Virus record (IMG/VR): IMGVR_UViG_3300025018_000238
Location: 1 to 43,853 of that record
Reading direction: 5' to 3' (one strand)
Length of the DNA: 43,853 nucleotides
From: a virus
Lineage: Duplodnaviria > Caudoviricetes
The notes under the pieces: model-generated
The model's database searches: none
Seen by the model: the letters and a program-made list of their open reading frames with translations, nothing else
What the model was told of the DNA's origin: nothing
In this document: positions 1-9,046 of the stretch, one piece after another
Layout of the letters: each line of letters opens with the position of its first letter
Numbering within the stretch: the first letter of the stretch is position 1
Made by a program: the position numbers and the translations under genes

Positions 1-4
1 AGGT

Positions 5-130
5 AAAAAAAAAAAAAGTACTACGTTACGTTACACAGCCACTCTTACGCCTTACGCCTTGCGTCTGCCTCACCCAGCACTCTGCTGTCCCTTACGCCTC
101 GCCTCACGCCTTAGTGCCACTGCTTCTCAT
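5..130. repeat. Terminal direct repeat, left copy (A13 + 113 bp)
   Basis: 18..130 (gtactacgtt...tgcttctcat) is identical to 43741..43853, and both copies follow an A run. It is either an assembly overlap of a circular/permuted genome or a true DTR. Confidence 0.95.
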
Positions 131-171
131 TCGCTCTGCACTCTGTGCGTCGCTTCTCATTCGCTCTGCAC
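122..171 (+). repeat. 20-bp direct repeat with 30-bp period
   Basis: gcttctcattcgctctgcac at 122..141 and 152..171, in a pyrimidine-rich non-coding stretch. Confidence 0.85.
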
Positions 172-307
172 TTCTCTGTGCTTCCTTCTGCGTTCAGTCC
201 CACTCTCCAGTCTCACCGGAGACTTCCGTCCTCTTCAGGGATATATCCACGTCGCTGCGTCGGTCGCTCATAGGGTGGACAGTCCGACCGTCGATTGAAA
301 GTCAGCC

Positions 308-360
308 GACGGACGGACGGACTGACTGACTGACAGAGTCAGTGCCACTGACAGAGTCAG
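308..360. repeat. Tetranucleotide runs plus two copies of palindromic CTGAC-AGA-GTCAG
   Basis: (GACG)n and (GACT)n runs, then ACTGACAGAGTCAGT at 329..343 and ACTGACAGAGTCAG at 347..360. Confidence 0.8.
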
Positions 361-373
361 CGAACCAACTGAC

Positions 374-414
374 AAAAAAAAAACCCACACCTAGTCTAGT
401 CGCCTAGATGTGGG
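374..414 (-). terminator. Intrinsic terminator downstream of ORF 471..803
   Basis: The minus strand reads CCCACATCTAG-GCGACTAGA-CTAGGTGTGGG followed by T10 (11-bp stem with one G-U pair). Confidence 0.8.
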
Positions 415-435
415 CTTGTCGTTGTCGTTTCGCTT

Positions 436-480
436 GCGTCCGCGCAATCTCAAATCGCGTCCGCGCAATCTCAAATCGCG
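436..480. repeat. 21-bp tandem duplication overlapping the stop codon of 471..803
   Basis: gcgtccgcgcaatctcaaatc x2 (436..456, 457..477) plus gcg. Confidence 0.9.
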
Positions 481-803
481 CTATACTTATCCACCATTAC
501 TTCGGCGCCGGTTTTACCTTCAAAGAACGTTTGCCGAAACGCACTAGGATTTTTCGGGTAAAATTCCCACACCCGCATGAACACTAGCTTGCGGTCACGC
601 GGTTCTTCTACCGTGGTTTCATCATCAGCAGACAGCGTTTCCACCAGCTCTTCGACAACGTCCACGAGCAGTAACCCGTAGCAATCGGTCGCGTTCATAT
701 GCTTATTGCCTTGAGACGTAACATCCCGTTCAGCAATAGCGTCTTTAATAGCCGCAATGACCGCTTCTTTGGACACAACACTTTTCATTTTTTCGATTTG
801 CAT
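471..803 (-). CDS. Hypothetical protein, 110 aa (probable early gene)
   Basis: ATG start, protein-like composition, followed by a clear terminator; no recognised family. Confidence 0.7.
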   Translation of the reverse strand: MQIEKMKSVVSKEAVIAAIKDAIAERDVTSQGNKHMNATDCYGLLLVDVVEELVETLSADDETTVEEPRDRKLVFMRVWEFYPKNPSAFRQTFFEGKTGAEVMVDKYSAI

Positions 804-959
804 AACTCTAACTCTCTACCGCTTGTCAGCGGCTTCTGCCCGACCGGACGGTCGGTTGCGCGATTGGTTGAAAGCAAAGCAGATGCGCAACGCCTGCCCG
901 CTTTGAAAAATGTACTAAAAAACTGAGAAAGAACACCACTAAGGCATTTGCCGTTGCCG

Positions 960-1030
960 AAGGGGTACCTTTGCCCAGGGTGGGGGTTGCGTATTGTTTA
1001 TATCCACCTCCGAACATTTTTCAACTTTGA
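960..1030. other. Candidate packaging/terminus-associated site (G-rich run then T-run, upstream of terminase)
   Basis: ggggtacctttgcccagggtgggggtt...cgaacattttttcaa lies in the divergent intergenic region upstream of the terminase genes. The call rests on position and composition only. Confidence 0.25.
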
Positions 1031-1153
1031 CTTCCACAGCAAACGAAAGCGAAGAAACGGACAGTGCGTTTGCGGACGAAAACACAAGACGCAAGACGCA
1101 AACGTTAGCGGTTTGCCGCCAAGCGTCTTGCCGCGCAGGTTTCTCGCCCTCAG

Positions 1154-1178
1154 GTATCGTCCTATCTTAGGACAACAC
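1154..1178. promoter_or_regulatory. 25-bp palindromic site, copy 1
   Basis: GTATC-GTCC-TATCTTA-GGAC-AACAC, in the divergent region between the leftward and rightward gene blocks. Confidence 0.85.
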
Positions 1179-1264
1179 TCAGAGCAGCTGACTTTAACCT
1201 GCACGTTAAACCGCGCACAGAAAAATCGCACACCCACTCCGACTTAAATATCATATATTCCAAC

Positions 1265-1293
1265 TTGCAAAAACCCGGAATCTATGCGATATT
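1265..1293 (+). promoter_or_regulatory. Possible sigma70-type promoter
   Basis: TTGCAA-N17-GATATT with a TGn extended -10 (tg at 1285-1286), upstream of the rightward genes. Confidence 0.3.
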
Positions 1294-1344
1294 GTCGCGT
1301 GGCCGGAACTCCGACCAGATCGCTCGCTCAACTTCTCTTACGTT

Positions 1345-1536
1345 ATGACCTCTGATTTCCAACAAGCAGTTTCCGTTTTGCCTACTACACAGCAGACTTC
1401 TTCTCGTCCGACTCCAGTCGATCGTGTGGTTGTTGTTTGTTCTATGCCGAATGTACAACGCACGCTGAAACGTTGTGCTAAACCTTTTCCGCTTGGTATG
1501 CCAGCACATTCGCAACGCCGCGGACTTTCGCTTTAG
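1345..1536 (+). CDS. Possible small hypothetical protein, 63 aa
   Basis: TTATG start context shared with other genes here; lies between the candidate promoter and terS; no homology recognised. Confidence 0.3.
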   Translation: MTSDFQQAVSVLPTTQQTSSRPTPVDRVVVVCSMPNVQRTLKRCAKPFPLGMPAHSQRRGLSL

Positions 1537-1559
1537 TCTCGTCTCTCTCTTCTTTGTTT

Positions 1560-2324
1560 ATGTCCGACAAACCGCTCACCGACAAATACGCTGAACTCCT
1601 CTACTGCCACGAGGAGTCACACCCGCTTGTCGACGTGCTTAACCACCGAGAAGCTGAAGCCGACGTTGCGTACGACAAAGCCGAACTCTGTGACGCTCCG
1701 TTGCAAAAAGGCGGGCGTATGGACATGGTTTCCACACTCGGCAATCGTTTCTCTTCTCCTGACCGCAAAGGAGCAGAAGCTAACGCACGTTACACCTTCG
1801 GAAACGACCGCGGTTTCGGTGACGACGGAGTTCCTTTCACCCACATCAAAGAGAAACCTTGGCACCGCGCGCTTGCGTATCTCGCAGCACAAGGACTTAA
1901 CGCACGTGAGCAATGTGAAAAGTTTGGCGGACAATTCGATGACCACACAAACCAATACATCGCAGGCAGCGGACAATACGCTTATTCCACAATTCTTCAG
2001 ATCAACCGTCAGCCGTGGTTCAAGCAGCGTGTAATTGACTCGTTGCGTGAAGCTGGTGCAGACATGCTTGGCGCGTGGCTTGAGTCTGAAGTAATGCCTT
2101 CACTCGAAACACTTAAAAACCTCCGCGACAATGCGTCTACGCCTGCGACTGTCCGCCTTGCGTCTTCACGTGAGCTTCTTGATCGTTTCTTGGGTAAGCC
2201 GACTCAACCGTACACACGGGAAACGGATGCCAAAGACCCTGAGAAGGAAGCTGCTGAACTTGAACAAGAAATCGCTCGGCTTTCAGCGGAAACTAAACCG
2301 CCGGCGACGTCCGCAGCGCAATAA
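1560..2324 (+). CDS. Putative terminase small subunit / HTH protein
   Basis: Upstream of TerL. KPWHRALAYLAAQGLNARE...YSTILQINRQPWF resembles an HTH; the C-terminal VRLASSRELLDRFLGKP and coiled coil are typical of small terminases. ATG at 1560 preferred over TTG at 1554. Confidence 0.6.
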   Translation: MSDKPLTDKYAELLYCHEESHPLVDVLNHREAEADVAYDKAELCDAPLQKGGRMDMVSTLGNRFSSPDRKGAEANARYTFGNDRGFGDDGVPFTHIKEKPWHRALAYLAAQGLNAREQCEKFGGQFDDHTNQYIAGSGQYAYSTILQINRQPWFKQRVIDSLREAGADMLGAWLESEVMPSLETLKNLRDNASTPATVRLASSRELLDRFLGKPTQPYTRETDAKDPEKEAAELEQEIARLSAETKPPATSAAQ

Positions 2325-2363
2325 CAATTAACCCTTCACTTATTCACTTCCGTTTATTCCGTT

Positions 2364-2633
2364 ATGTCACTCTATTCTCCATCTGAACCTATGCGCCAAG
2401 CTGCGTGTACTCCTTCTGGCGCTGACATCAGTTTCGTCGCAGGCCCAGACAACAAACCGCAAATCAACTGCCGTGAGATTTTCGTCGGCGGAACTGGCGA
2501 CGTCCGAGTCGCTACAGTCGACGGTACGATCGTTACCTACACCATTGCGGTAGTCCCTTTCATTCTCGCTGGCCGGTTTACAAAGATCTTCAACACTGGC
2601 ACCACAGCAACGAATCTCATCCGGCGTTGGTAA
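2364..2633 (+). CDS. Head spike base protein, RcGTA Rcc01079-like
   Basis: 89 aa with IFVGGTGDVRV...G..VTY...IL...TKIFNTGTTATNL, the pattern of this family. Confidence 0.7.
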   Translation: MSLYSPSEPMRQAACTPSGADISFVAGPDNKPQINCREIFVGGTGDVRVATVDGTIVTYTIAVVPFILAGRFTKIFNTGTTATNLIRRW

Positions 2634-2648
2634 CTGGTAGAGTAGAGC

Positions 2649-4208
2649 ATGACAGAAACGGAGCACAGTCCTCAGCATTTAGCCGATCTTCGTAAGAAGG
2701 CCGAGTTGTTACGTCGTCGACGTGACCTCGAGAAAAACTTCGGCTTGCTGTTCTATCGCCCGCACAAGAAGCAAGACATGTTTCATCGTGCAGGCGAGTT
2801 CAAGTTCCGCTACTTAGAGTGTGCAAACCGATTCGGCAAATCGGACTCTGGTGGCGCTGAGGACTGTGCTTTTGCTCTTGGCGAACGTCCGTGGTTGCCT
2901 AAGTCCGATCCAGGACGTTACGCAGGCATCCCACAACGCCCAAACAAAATTCTTGTCATCTGCGCCGACTGGGACAAGGTTGACGAAATCTTCACCGGCG
3001 AAGGTAAAAAAGGCGGAGTTGGAAAGCTCTGGAAGTTTCTACCGAAAGCAAAAGCCAAAGCCGTCAGCCGTTCGTCGACTGGCACCATAGACAAGATCAT
3101 GGTCGAATCTGTTTGGGGTGGAAACTCAATCATTTGTTTTGACACTCGGAAATCGTTCGCACAAAATCCCATGGGTTCAGAGTCGGACGACTGGGACTAC
3201 ATCCACGTTGACGAGCCAATCACTGAAGCACACTGGAAAGCGGTTAGTCGTGGTCTCATAGACCGTGACGGGAAAGCGTCTTTCACTTGCACAAACCTGG
3301 ACCAACCCTGGATCAGCCGTTTCATGCAAGTGAAACCGAAACGCAAAGAAGATCTCGCTGTCCGCGTAACCGACGGCCGCAAATCACGTTGGGCTCTGCG
3401 CGGTTCAGTCTACGACAATCCTTATCTCCCACCAGCAGCTATCGCTGAGTTTGAAGCAACCCTCACCGAGGACGAAAAACAATGCCGGCTGTATGGTATT
3501 CCGCTTCACCTTTCTGGTATTGTGTACAAAGAGTTCAACGATCAACTCCATGTTGGCCTTCCGCAGAAACCTCCTGCCGGTTGGCGGAACTGGCGTACAC
3601 CGCCGAGCGATCACACAGTCTACACTGCACTCGACACCCACCCAAACACACCTCACGCAACGCTCGCGGCAGCAGTTGGTCCTGACCACAAGGTTGTGTT
3701 CTTTGACGAACGGTTCGAACACGAAAGCGCAACCGAGATCGCCGAGTACTTCAATCGCCGTTACGCTGGACTGAACGTTGTTAGCTACCAGCTCGAACCT
3801 GGTGCGTACGTTCCCGACCCTTCGACCAAAATCGTGTTCGCTGACACACTTGCTAAGTTTGGTTTGCCTTTCCAAAAGGCTGTCAAAGACCTTAAAGGTG
3901 GTATTCTTAACGCAAAAGAATACCTTAAATACAACCGTGTACTCATTGCTCCTCACCTTGAGCGTACTTTGTGGGAGTTTGAAAACTACGTTTGGGCTAT
4001 CAAAGACGGTATCGCATCGAACAAACCCGTCGACCGTGACGACCACATGATGGAAAATTTCTACCGGATACTTCTCAAACATCCGGTGTTCCAACCTTTG
4101 GCTGACCAGTCTATGGTTGTCGAACCGTCCGAGCACACTTCACTCACTGCGTTTCCAGAAGAAGAAGACGACTGGGCGTATGTCACCGATTCACTTTACG
4201 CTTTCTAA
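2649..4208 (+). CDS. terL: Terminase large subunit
   Basis: PHKKQ adenine-binding motif, Walker A-like ANRFGKS, Walker B YIHVDEP, DNPYL, RNase H-like C-terminal domain (ALDTHP...DDHMMEN). Confidence 0.93.
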   Translation: MTETEHSPQHLADLRKKAELLRRRRDLEKNFGLLFYRPHKKQDMFHRAGEFKFRYLECANRFGKSDSGGAEDCAFALGERPWLPKSDPGRYAGIPQRPNKILVICADWDKVDEIFTGEGKKGGVGKLWKFLPKAKAKAVSRSSTGTIDKIMVESVWGGNSIICFDTRKSFAQNPMGSESDDWDYIHVDEPITEAHWKAVSRGLIDRDGKASFTCTNLDQPWISRFMQVKPKRKEDLAVRVTDGRKSRWALRGSVYDNPYLPPAAIAEFEATLTEDEKQCRLYGIPLHLSGIVYKEFNDQLHVGLPQKPPAGWRNWRTPPSDHTVYTALDTHPNTPHATLAAAVGPDHKVVFFDERFEHESATEIAEYFNRRYAGLNVVSYQLEPGAYVPDPSTKIVFADTLAKFGLPFQKAVKDLKGGILNAKEYLKYNRVLIAPHLERTLWEFENYVWAIKDGIASNKPVDRDDHMMENFYRILLKHPVFQPLADQSMVVEPSEHTSLTAFPEEEDDWAYVTDSLYAF

Positions 4209-4217
4209 ACTACTGTT

Positions 4218-5303
4218 ATGAGCTTTTCAATTCACTACATCGGCGTCACCGGTAATCGTTACTTCAATACGAACCAACCGACCCTTGCGTTGTTTCTTGC
4301 TAACGAAGCAGCGGAAGCTGCTCTTGACGTTAATGATGTTGTCGCATTGTCTGACCTCCAAGCCTACCGGCTGATGCAGTTTCCAGCAACGCAAGCAACG
4401 TCTTACGCACAACTCTCGTCTGGTGATGCTGCAAAAATCTTTTCAGAACTCGGCACTTTCCGTGGTCCGTACGTTGTCGGGACTGCGTACTTAAAGAACG
4501 ATCTCGTAAGTATCGACGCTGAAGTGAACGCACCGTCGCAGTTGTTTCAGTGGCAGCGGACGGCGATTGCGTTTAGCGTTGAGCACGACACCGAAGCTGG
4601 TTATCTTGTCAAACTCATCGACAACACACCGCTTGTCAATTTTCTTAACGCACAACTCGCCGCAGCGCAAGCAGCACAGGTTGCTGCAGAAAACGCACAA
4701 GCTGGTGCAGAACAAGCAGAGGCAAACGCTGGCGATTCAGAAGCAAACGCAAACACGGCAAAAGTCGCCGCCGAAGCTGCACAGACAGCAGCCGAGTCTG
4801 CTCAAACCGCGTCTGAACAGTTCTCTGACACCTCCGAAGCCTGGGCAAACACCGCGCCCGGTACGTTAATCCCAGCTGAAAACGGCGGTGACGGAGTTGA
4901 CGATTACTCTTCACGACACTTTGCGGCTGCTGCGGAGGTTTCACGTTATGCTGCTGAGAACGCTGAAACACAAGCACTTGACGCACAGGGCAGTGCTGAA
5001 GCAGCGTACTTACAGTCACAAGCACAGGCAGAGGCGTCTGAAGCTTGGGCACAAACAGCTGAAGACACCCTTGTTCCCGCAAGTGCGGGGGGTGACGAGG
5101 TTGACGACTACTCTGCCTTACATTGGGCTAAGAAAGCCGAAGCGTCTGCCGACGTTGCAACGCTTTTTGCTCCGTCGTTTGGTTCTCCGCCTGCGACAAT
5201 CACTTCAACTGGCACACAAAGCGAACGTCGTGTCGACGGTAATTACATGTATATTTGCGTTGCGGCAAATTCGTGGCGTAGAATTCCACTCTTAGCGTGG
5301 TAA
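4218..5303 (+). CDS. Fibre protein (Ala-rich coiled coil)
   Basis: Ala-rich coiled coil, two SEAWA...DDYS..H(F/W)A repeats, FRGPYVVGTAYLKNDLV motif and C-terminal DGNYMYICVAANSWRRIPL.W motif, all typical of phage fibres. Confidence 0.75.
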   Translation: MSFSIHYIGVTGNRYFNTNQPTLALFLANEAAEAALDVNDVVALSDLQAYRLMQFPATQATSYAQLSSGDAAKIFSELGTFRGPYVVGTAYLKNDLVSIDAEVNAPSQLFQWQRTAIAFSVEHDTEAGYLVKLIDNTPLVNFLNAQLAAAQAAQVAAENAQAGAEQAEANAGDSEANANTAKVAAEAAQTAAESAQTASEQFSDTSEAWANTAPGTLIPAENGGDGVDDYSSRHFAAAAEVSRYAAENAETQALDAQGSAEAAYLQSQAQAEASEAWAQTAEDTLVPASAGGDEVDDYSALHWAKKAEASADVATLFAPSFGSPPATITSTGTQSERRVDGNYMYICVAANSWRRIPLLAW

Positions 5304-5359
5304 TCTGCTTGTTCAATTTATTTAACTTAACTTAACTCAACTCAATAAAGGATAATCAA

Positions 5360-6985
5360 ATGGCAGACAAAGATTTACGTATTGTACAAGAACGTGGAGA
5401 CGGAAACTACGGTGAGAGTGTTGTTTCTGTACCAGCGGCACCAAACCAATTTCTTGGTTTTGACGACGAGGGTACCCCAATCACACGTGACGCCGAGGCC
5501 GTGCGCGCCGCCACCGGCACCGAGACCACCGCCCAGCTTGACGCCCGCGACACCGCCAACCGCGACCGCGCCAACCACACCGGCACGCAGGCTATCTCGA
5601 CGGTTTCCGGGTTGCAACCTGCGCTCGATGCGCTCAACGTCAGCGCGCATGAAGGCGGGGCGTATTTTGAGACGACTGGTGCGGCTGCACTCGCTGCGGG
5701 CATGATGGATTTTGGGACTGGCGATTTTGCCATCGTCATCGACCGGCTGGAGCTGGATGACTATACCCCAGCCACAGCTGGAGAGTTACTGTCAACACAT
5801 AGCGCGGGTAACAATCGGCTGGTTATCAGCCTGCTGCCCCTCGGCGTCTTGCGACTCGTATTTACAGACAATTCCGCCACAACGGCCAACTACGACATCG
5901 CCCCCACCACCGCGCTGGTGGACGGCACGCCCTACAGTATCGCGCTGGTGGCCGACCGCGACGGCAACGCAACCCTCTACGTGGACGGCGTGGCTAAAGG
6001 ATCAGTGGACATCTCTTCCGCATCCGACATCGACATCGGCAGCGGCAACACCAACGCAGGCGAGCTGCTGACGGATTCTAACCTGAGCGGCATTGTCTCG
6101 GGTCTGGCACCCTTCAACCGCGCACTCTCCGCCGCCGAAGCCGCCGCGCTCCACACTCAGGGACTGCTCCCGTGGCTGGCTGTGCATCCGGAGTATCAGT
6201 GGGCTCGGGACATAGCAGTAACCGGAAATACGTTAGTAAAATGGTTTGGAACGGGCACAATATCATCGGCGACAAATACATCTGCTGTCATCGATCCAGG
6301 CGCAAGTAGCCTTGCAATTTATCACAACATGTTAACCTGGTTACGGGCCAACCACGGTCAAACAGTCGCCGTAACGATGACAATATCCGGTATCGAAAGC
6401 GGCAGTATTCTGCTGAAAAAATTTAGTTCCGTCGGAGGGTCAGCATCCGTTACAACCGCATTATCAAATGGCACAAACACTTATTTTTTAACCGTAACAG
6501 ATGTAAGCGGATGGCTTCAGTTCTCGGTCAATTCTGTTGCGGGCGGGAGCTTATTGATCGACAAAGTAGTATTACTCGGCGCACTCGCCGCCCTCCCCAT
6601 GACAGACGGCGCAAACAGCGTCCTGCGCGACATCAGCACCAACCGCTCCGACATTCTGCTCAGCGAGACCGGCACCCAGCACCTGATCCCGCAGGTGGTC
6701 GGCTCCGTGCGCGGTGACAATCTCGACGCAACTGGCGGTGCGTATCTGCAACGGGCTGGAGACATCATCGATGCTGCCACCACGATAACAGGCGTGACCG
6801 TAGATGGTCGTTACGAGCCAGCTTCCGGCGCACAGGACACCACGTATCGCCGCATCCGCTATGTTACATCCGGCAGCGATGTTTTGATCCAGCGCAGCAA
6901 CGGCACAACGCATCAAACCATCGCGACTGTGACTCCGACCGCAACTGATGATTTCGCCCTCGTCGTCCACACCCAACGCATCTAA
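5360..6985 (+). CDS. Receptor-binding/fibre protein with phage tail repeat and LamG-like domain
   Basis: RANHTGTQAISTVSGLQPALD (phage tail repeat); LamG/concanavalin-like segment (DFAI...ATLYVDGV...FNRALSAAE); AAGGA upstream of the start. Confidence 0.8.
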   Translation: MADKDLRIVQERGDGNYGESVVSVPAAPNQFLGFDDEGTPITRDAEAVRAATGTETTAQLDARDTANRDRANHTGTQAISTVSGLQPALDALNVSAHEGGAYFETTGAAALAAGMMDFGTGDFAIVIDRLELDDYTPATAGELLSTHSAGNNRLVISLLPLGVLRLVFTDNSATTANYDIAPTTALVDGTPYSIALVADRDGNATLYVDGVAKGSVDISSASDIDIGSGNTNAGELLTDSNLSGIVSGLAPFNRALSAAEAAALHTQGLLPWLAVHPEYQWARDIAVTGNTLVKWFGTGTISSATNTSAVIDPGASSLAIYHNMLTWLRANHGQTVAVTMTISGIESGSILLKKFSSVGGSASVTTALSNGTNTYFLTVTDVSGWLQFSVNSVAGGSLLIDKVVLLGALAALPMTDGANSVLRDISTNRSDILLSETGTQHLIPQVVGSVRGDNLDATGGAYLQRAGDIIDAATTITGVTVDGRYEPASGAQDTTYRRIRYVTSGSDVLIQRSNGTTHQTIATVTPTATDDFALVVHTQRI

Positions 6986-6986
6986 T

Positions 6987-8066
6987 ATGAACGATTACCA
7001 ATTCACCCACGCCGATTTATCCGGCCTCCACTATCGCAAGGGAGTCAACGCCAAATCCGCCCCGCTGCCGTTTACCCCGCAGGACGGAGCCGAGTTTGAG
7101 GCATGGGACCCCGAGACCCGCACCCTGTCCTACTCGCTGCCACCACTGGAGGACGGCGACGAGCGCGACATCATTGATGTTGTTATTACTCAGGAGCAAA
7201 TCGCCGCAGGCCCGCAGGATGCCCCGGCACCTGTGCCACAGATTGTCTCTAAGGCGCAGCTTGACGCACGGGAAGTCACGCTTATTCGCCAGATCAAAGC
7301 AAAGCCGGAAGGTTACGCCACCATGACCACCATCAAGACAACTGGCGTGTCGATGGTAGTGAAACAGAGCGGCGCAACGGGTGTCTGTTACTCGATCAAC
7401 GGTGGAACACCTACCTATGTTGCGGGTGCTGTTAGTGTGAACGTCGCGCTTTCCGGTATTGTTGATCCAGACGGTTCGCCAACGGAAATCGCAGTATGGC
7501 CTGCGATCAGTGCGACGAGTGGTAGAGTTGGTGACTTGACTTACCTCAGCTGCGACAACAACAACCTCACCACTCTTGACGTGAGCGGTTTGACGGCGTT
7601 AACCTTCCTCGGCTGCTACAACAACAGCCTCACCACTCTTGACGTGAGCGGATTAACGGCGTTGACCAGCTTCGACTGCTCCGGCAACAACCTTACCACT
7701 CTCGATGTAAGCGGATTAACGGCGTTGACCAGCTTCAACTGCTCCGGCAATCCCAACTTGGCTGAAGTGACGGCTGTTGGATTTGCGGGAGCCAACCCTT
7801 ACGGAACCACGCATTACAATGCTAATTTCACGGGATGTGGCCTGACCACGGATGCCGTCTGGTCGATGCTGGATCAGTGCGCGAACGCCACCGATAATCC
7901 GTGCTTCATACAACTCGTTGGTAACCCCTGCGACAAAAATGATGGAGTAACCACACCCGAGGCAATGACGGACGGTGACACCTACACGGAATCCGACGTT
8001 CAGACGCTCCTCAACGCCAAAGGCTATTCTCTTGTTCTTTCTGACGCAACCCTAGCTCCAGCTTAA
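6987..8066 (+). CDS. Leucine-rich-repeat protein (21-aa bacterial LRRs)
   Basis: About 3.5 repeats of LTxLxCxNNxLTTLDVSGLTA; ATG at 6987 directly after the upstream stop, in frame with ORF 6948..8066. Confidence 0.8.
   Translation: MNDYQFTHADLSGLHYRKGVNAKSAPLPFTPQDGAEFEAWDPETRTLSYSLPPLEDGDERDIIDVVITQEQIAAGPQDAPAPVPQIVSKAQLDAREVTLIRQIKAKPEGYATMTTIKTTGVSMVVKQSGATGVCYSINGGTPTYVAGAVSVNVALSGIVDPDGSPTEIAVWPAISATSGRVGDLTYLSCDNNNLTTLDVSGLTALTFLGCYNNSLTTLDVSGLTALTSFDCSGNNLTTLDVSGLTALTSFNCSGNPNLAEVTAVGFAGANPYGTTHYNANFTGCGLTTDAVWSMLDQCANATDNPCFIQLVGNPCDKNDGVTTPEAMTDGDTYTESDVQTLLNAKGYSLVLSDATLAPA
7536..7750 (+). repeat. 63-bp imperfect tandem repeats encoding the LRRs
   Basis: Units start at 7536, 7599, 7662 and 7725; the last two share agcggattaacggcgttgaccagcttc(g/a)actgctccggcaa. 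Confidence 0.85.
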
Positions 8067-8072
8067 TATAAT

Positions 8073-8990
8073 ATGAATCTTAAATACTATAATTACAATG
8101 ACACTGACATCGCCCTAATTGGCAAGTCCGGTAGCTCTGCAATCGGTAAGGCGATCACGCTCGCCATCAAACCTTACTACGAAGTTCGTGGTAGCGAAGA
8201 GAATGTAGCGAAGATTAACAATGCCCCCGGCGTCTGGCAGGGAATCGCCCCTAAGACCGAAACGCCAGCCAATCCGATTATCCCCGTCCGTGACCCAGTA
8301 GAGAGATTCCGCTCCGCCTGCGCCCAAGACGGACGCACCGCCGAAGAGCAACTCGCGAAAGTGGAAGCGGGGGATTTCACGCTTCACACCCGCCCTACAT
8401 CCGATTGGCTCACTGAATCCTGCCGATTGGTGAAGTTCCCCGAGCACGTCGATTATATTGCAGCCGAACTGGGACTGGATGAAATCCCCGCCGTCAACGA
8501 CAGTGAATCCAACAACGGTCCGAAGCCCGACTTAACTGCCGATGAACTAGCCAGAGTCCAAGCGGTTTACGCCGATGACATCGCCCTCTATGAGTCCATC
8601 ACCGAAGCGGGTCAGGCTTACACCGCGTCGCCTAAAGCCGCAACGGACGAAGCAAAGGCCACAAAGATCAGAGAGTTTGAATCCGCTCGTTGGCGTGAAG
8701 AAATCTCCGGCACAACCGTAGCCGCTCTCGGAGATGCGTTTGTTCACACCGACAAGGAGACACAGTCTGAACTTGGTAAGGCACTTGCTTTCATGGTTGT
8801 CGATCCGCTGTTTGAAATCGACTGGAGGTTTCCTGACGGAACGATCGTGCGTTTAGAAGCAAACAACATTAAAGCTGTAGCGCAAACCGTTTTTACGCAC
8901 GTTCAAGCGACTCGTACGAAGTTCAAGGAAAAAGTTGCACTGGTTGCTGCTGCGTCCACTTCTGCCGAACTCGCGGCATTAACGTGGTAG
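8073..8990 (+). CDS. Sulfotransferase-family domain fused to a DUF4376-like tail-associated domain
   Basis: N-terminal IGKSGSSAI (5'-PSB-like), VRDPVERFRSA (3'-PB-like), HTRP, VYADDIALY; C-terminal HTDKETQS...IDWRFPDGTIVRL...HVQA...ELAALTW. Confidence 0.7.
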   Translation: MNLKYYNYNDTDIALIGKSGSSAIGKAITLAIKPYYEVRGSEENVAKINNAPGVWQGIAPKTETPANPIIPVRDPVERFRSACAQDGRTAEEQLAKVEAGDFTLHTRPTSDWLTESCRLVKFPEHVDYIAAELGLDEIPAVNDSESNNGPKPDLTADELARVQAVYADDIALYESITEAGQAYTASPKAATDEAKATKIREFESARWREEISGTTVAALGDAFVHTDKETQSELGKALAFMVVDPLFEIDWRFPDGTIVRLEANNIKAVAQTVFTHVQATRTKFKEKVALVAAASTSAELAALTW

Positions 8991-9046
8991 GTGAAGCGGA
9001 AGTCGCTACTATAAAGAAACAACAACCACTTCGCTTGTCTTTTTCC

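Noticed and set aside
59-329. Short + strand ORFs at the left end
   Set aside because: Low-complexity translations of repeat DNA with no credible start context.
7536-7750. CRISPR array or DGR template/variable repeat
   Set aside because: The repeats are contiguous in-frame LRR units without spacers, and no reverse transcriptase or cas operon is present.
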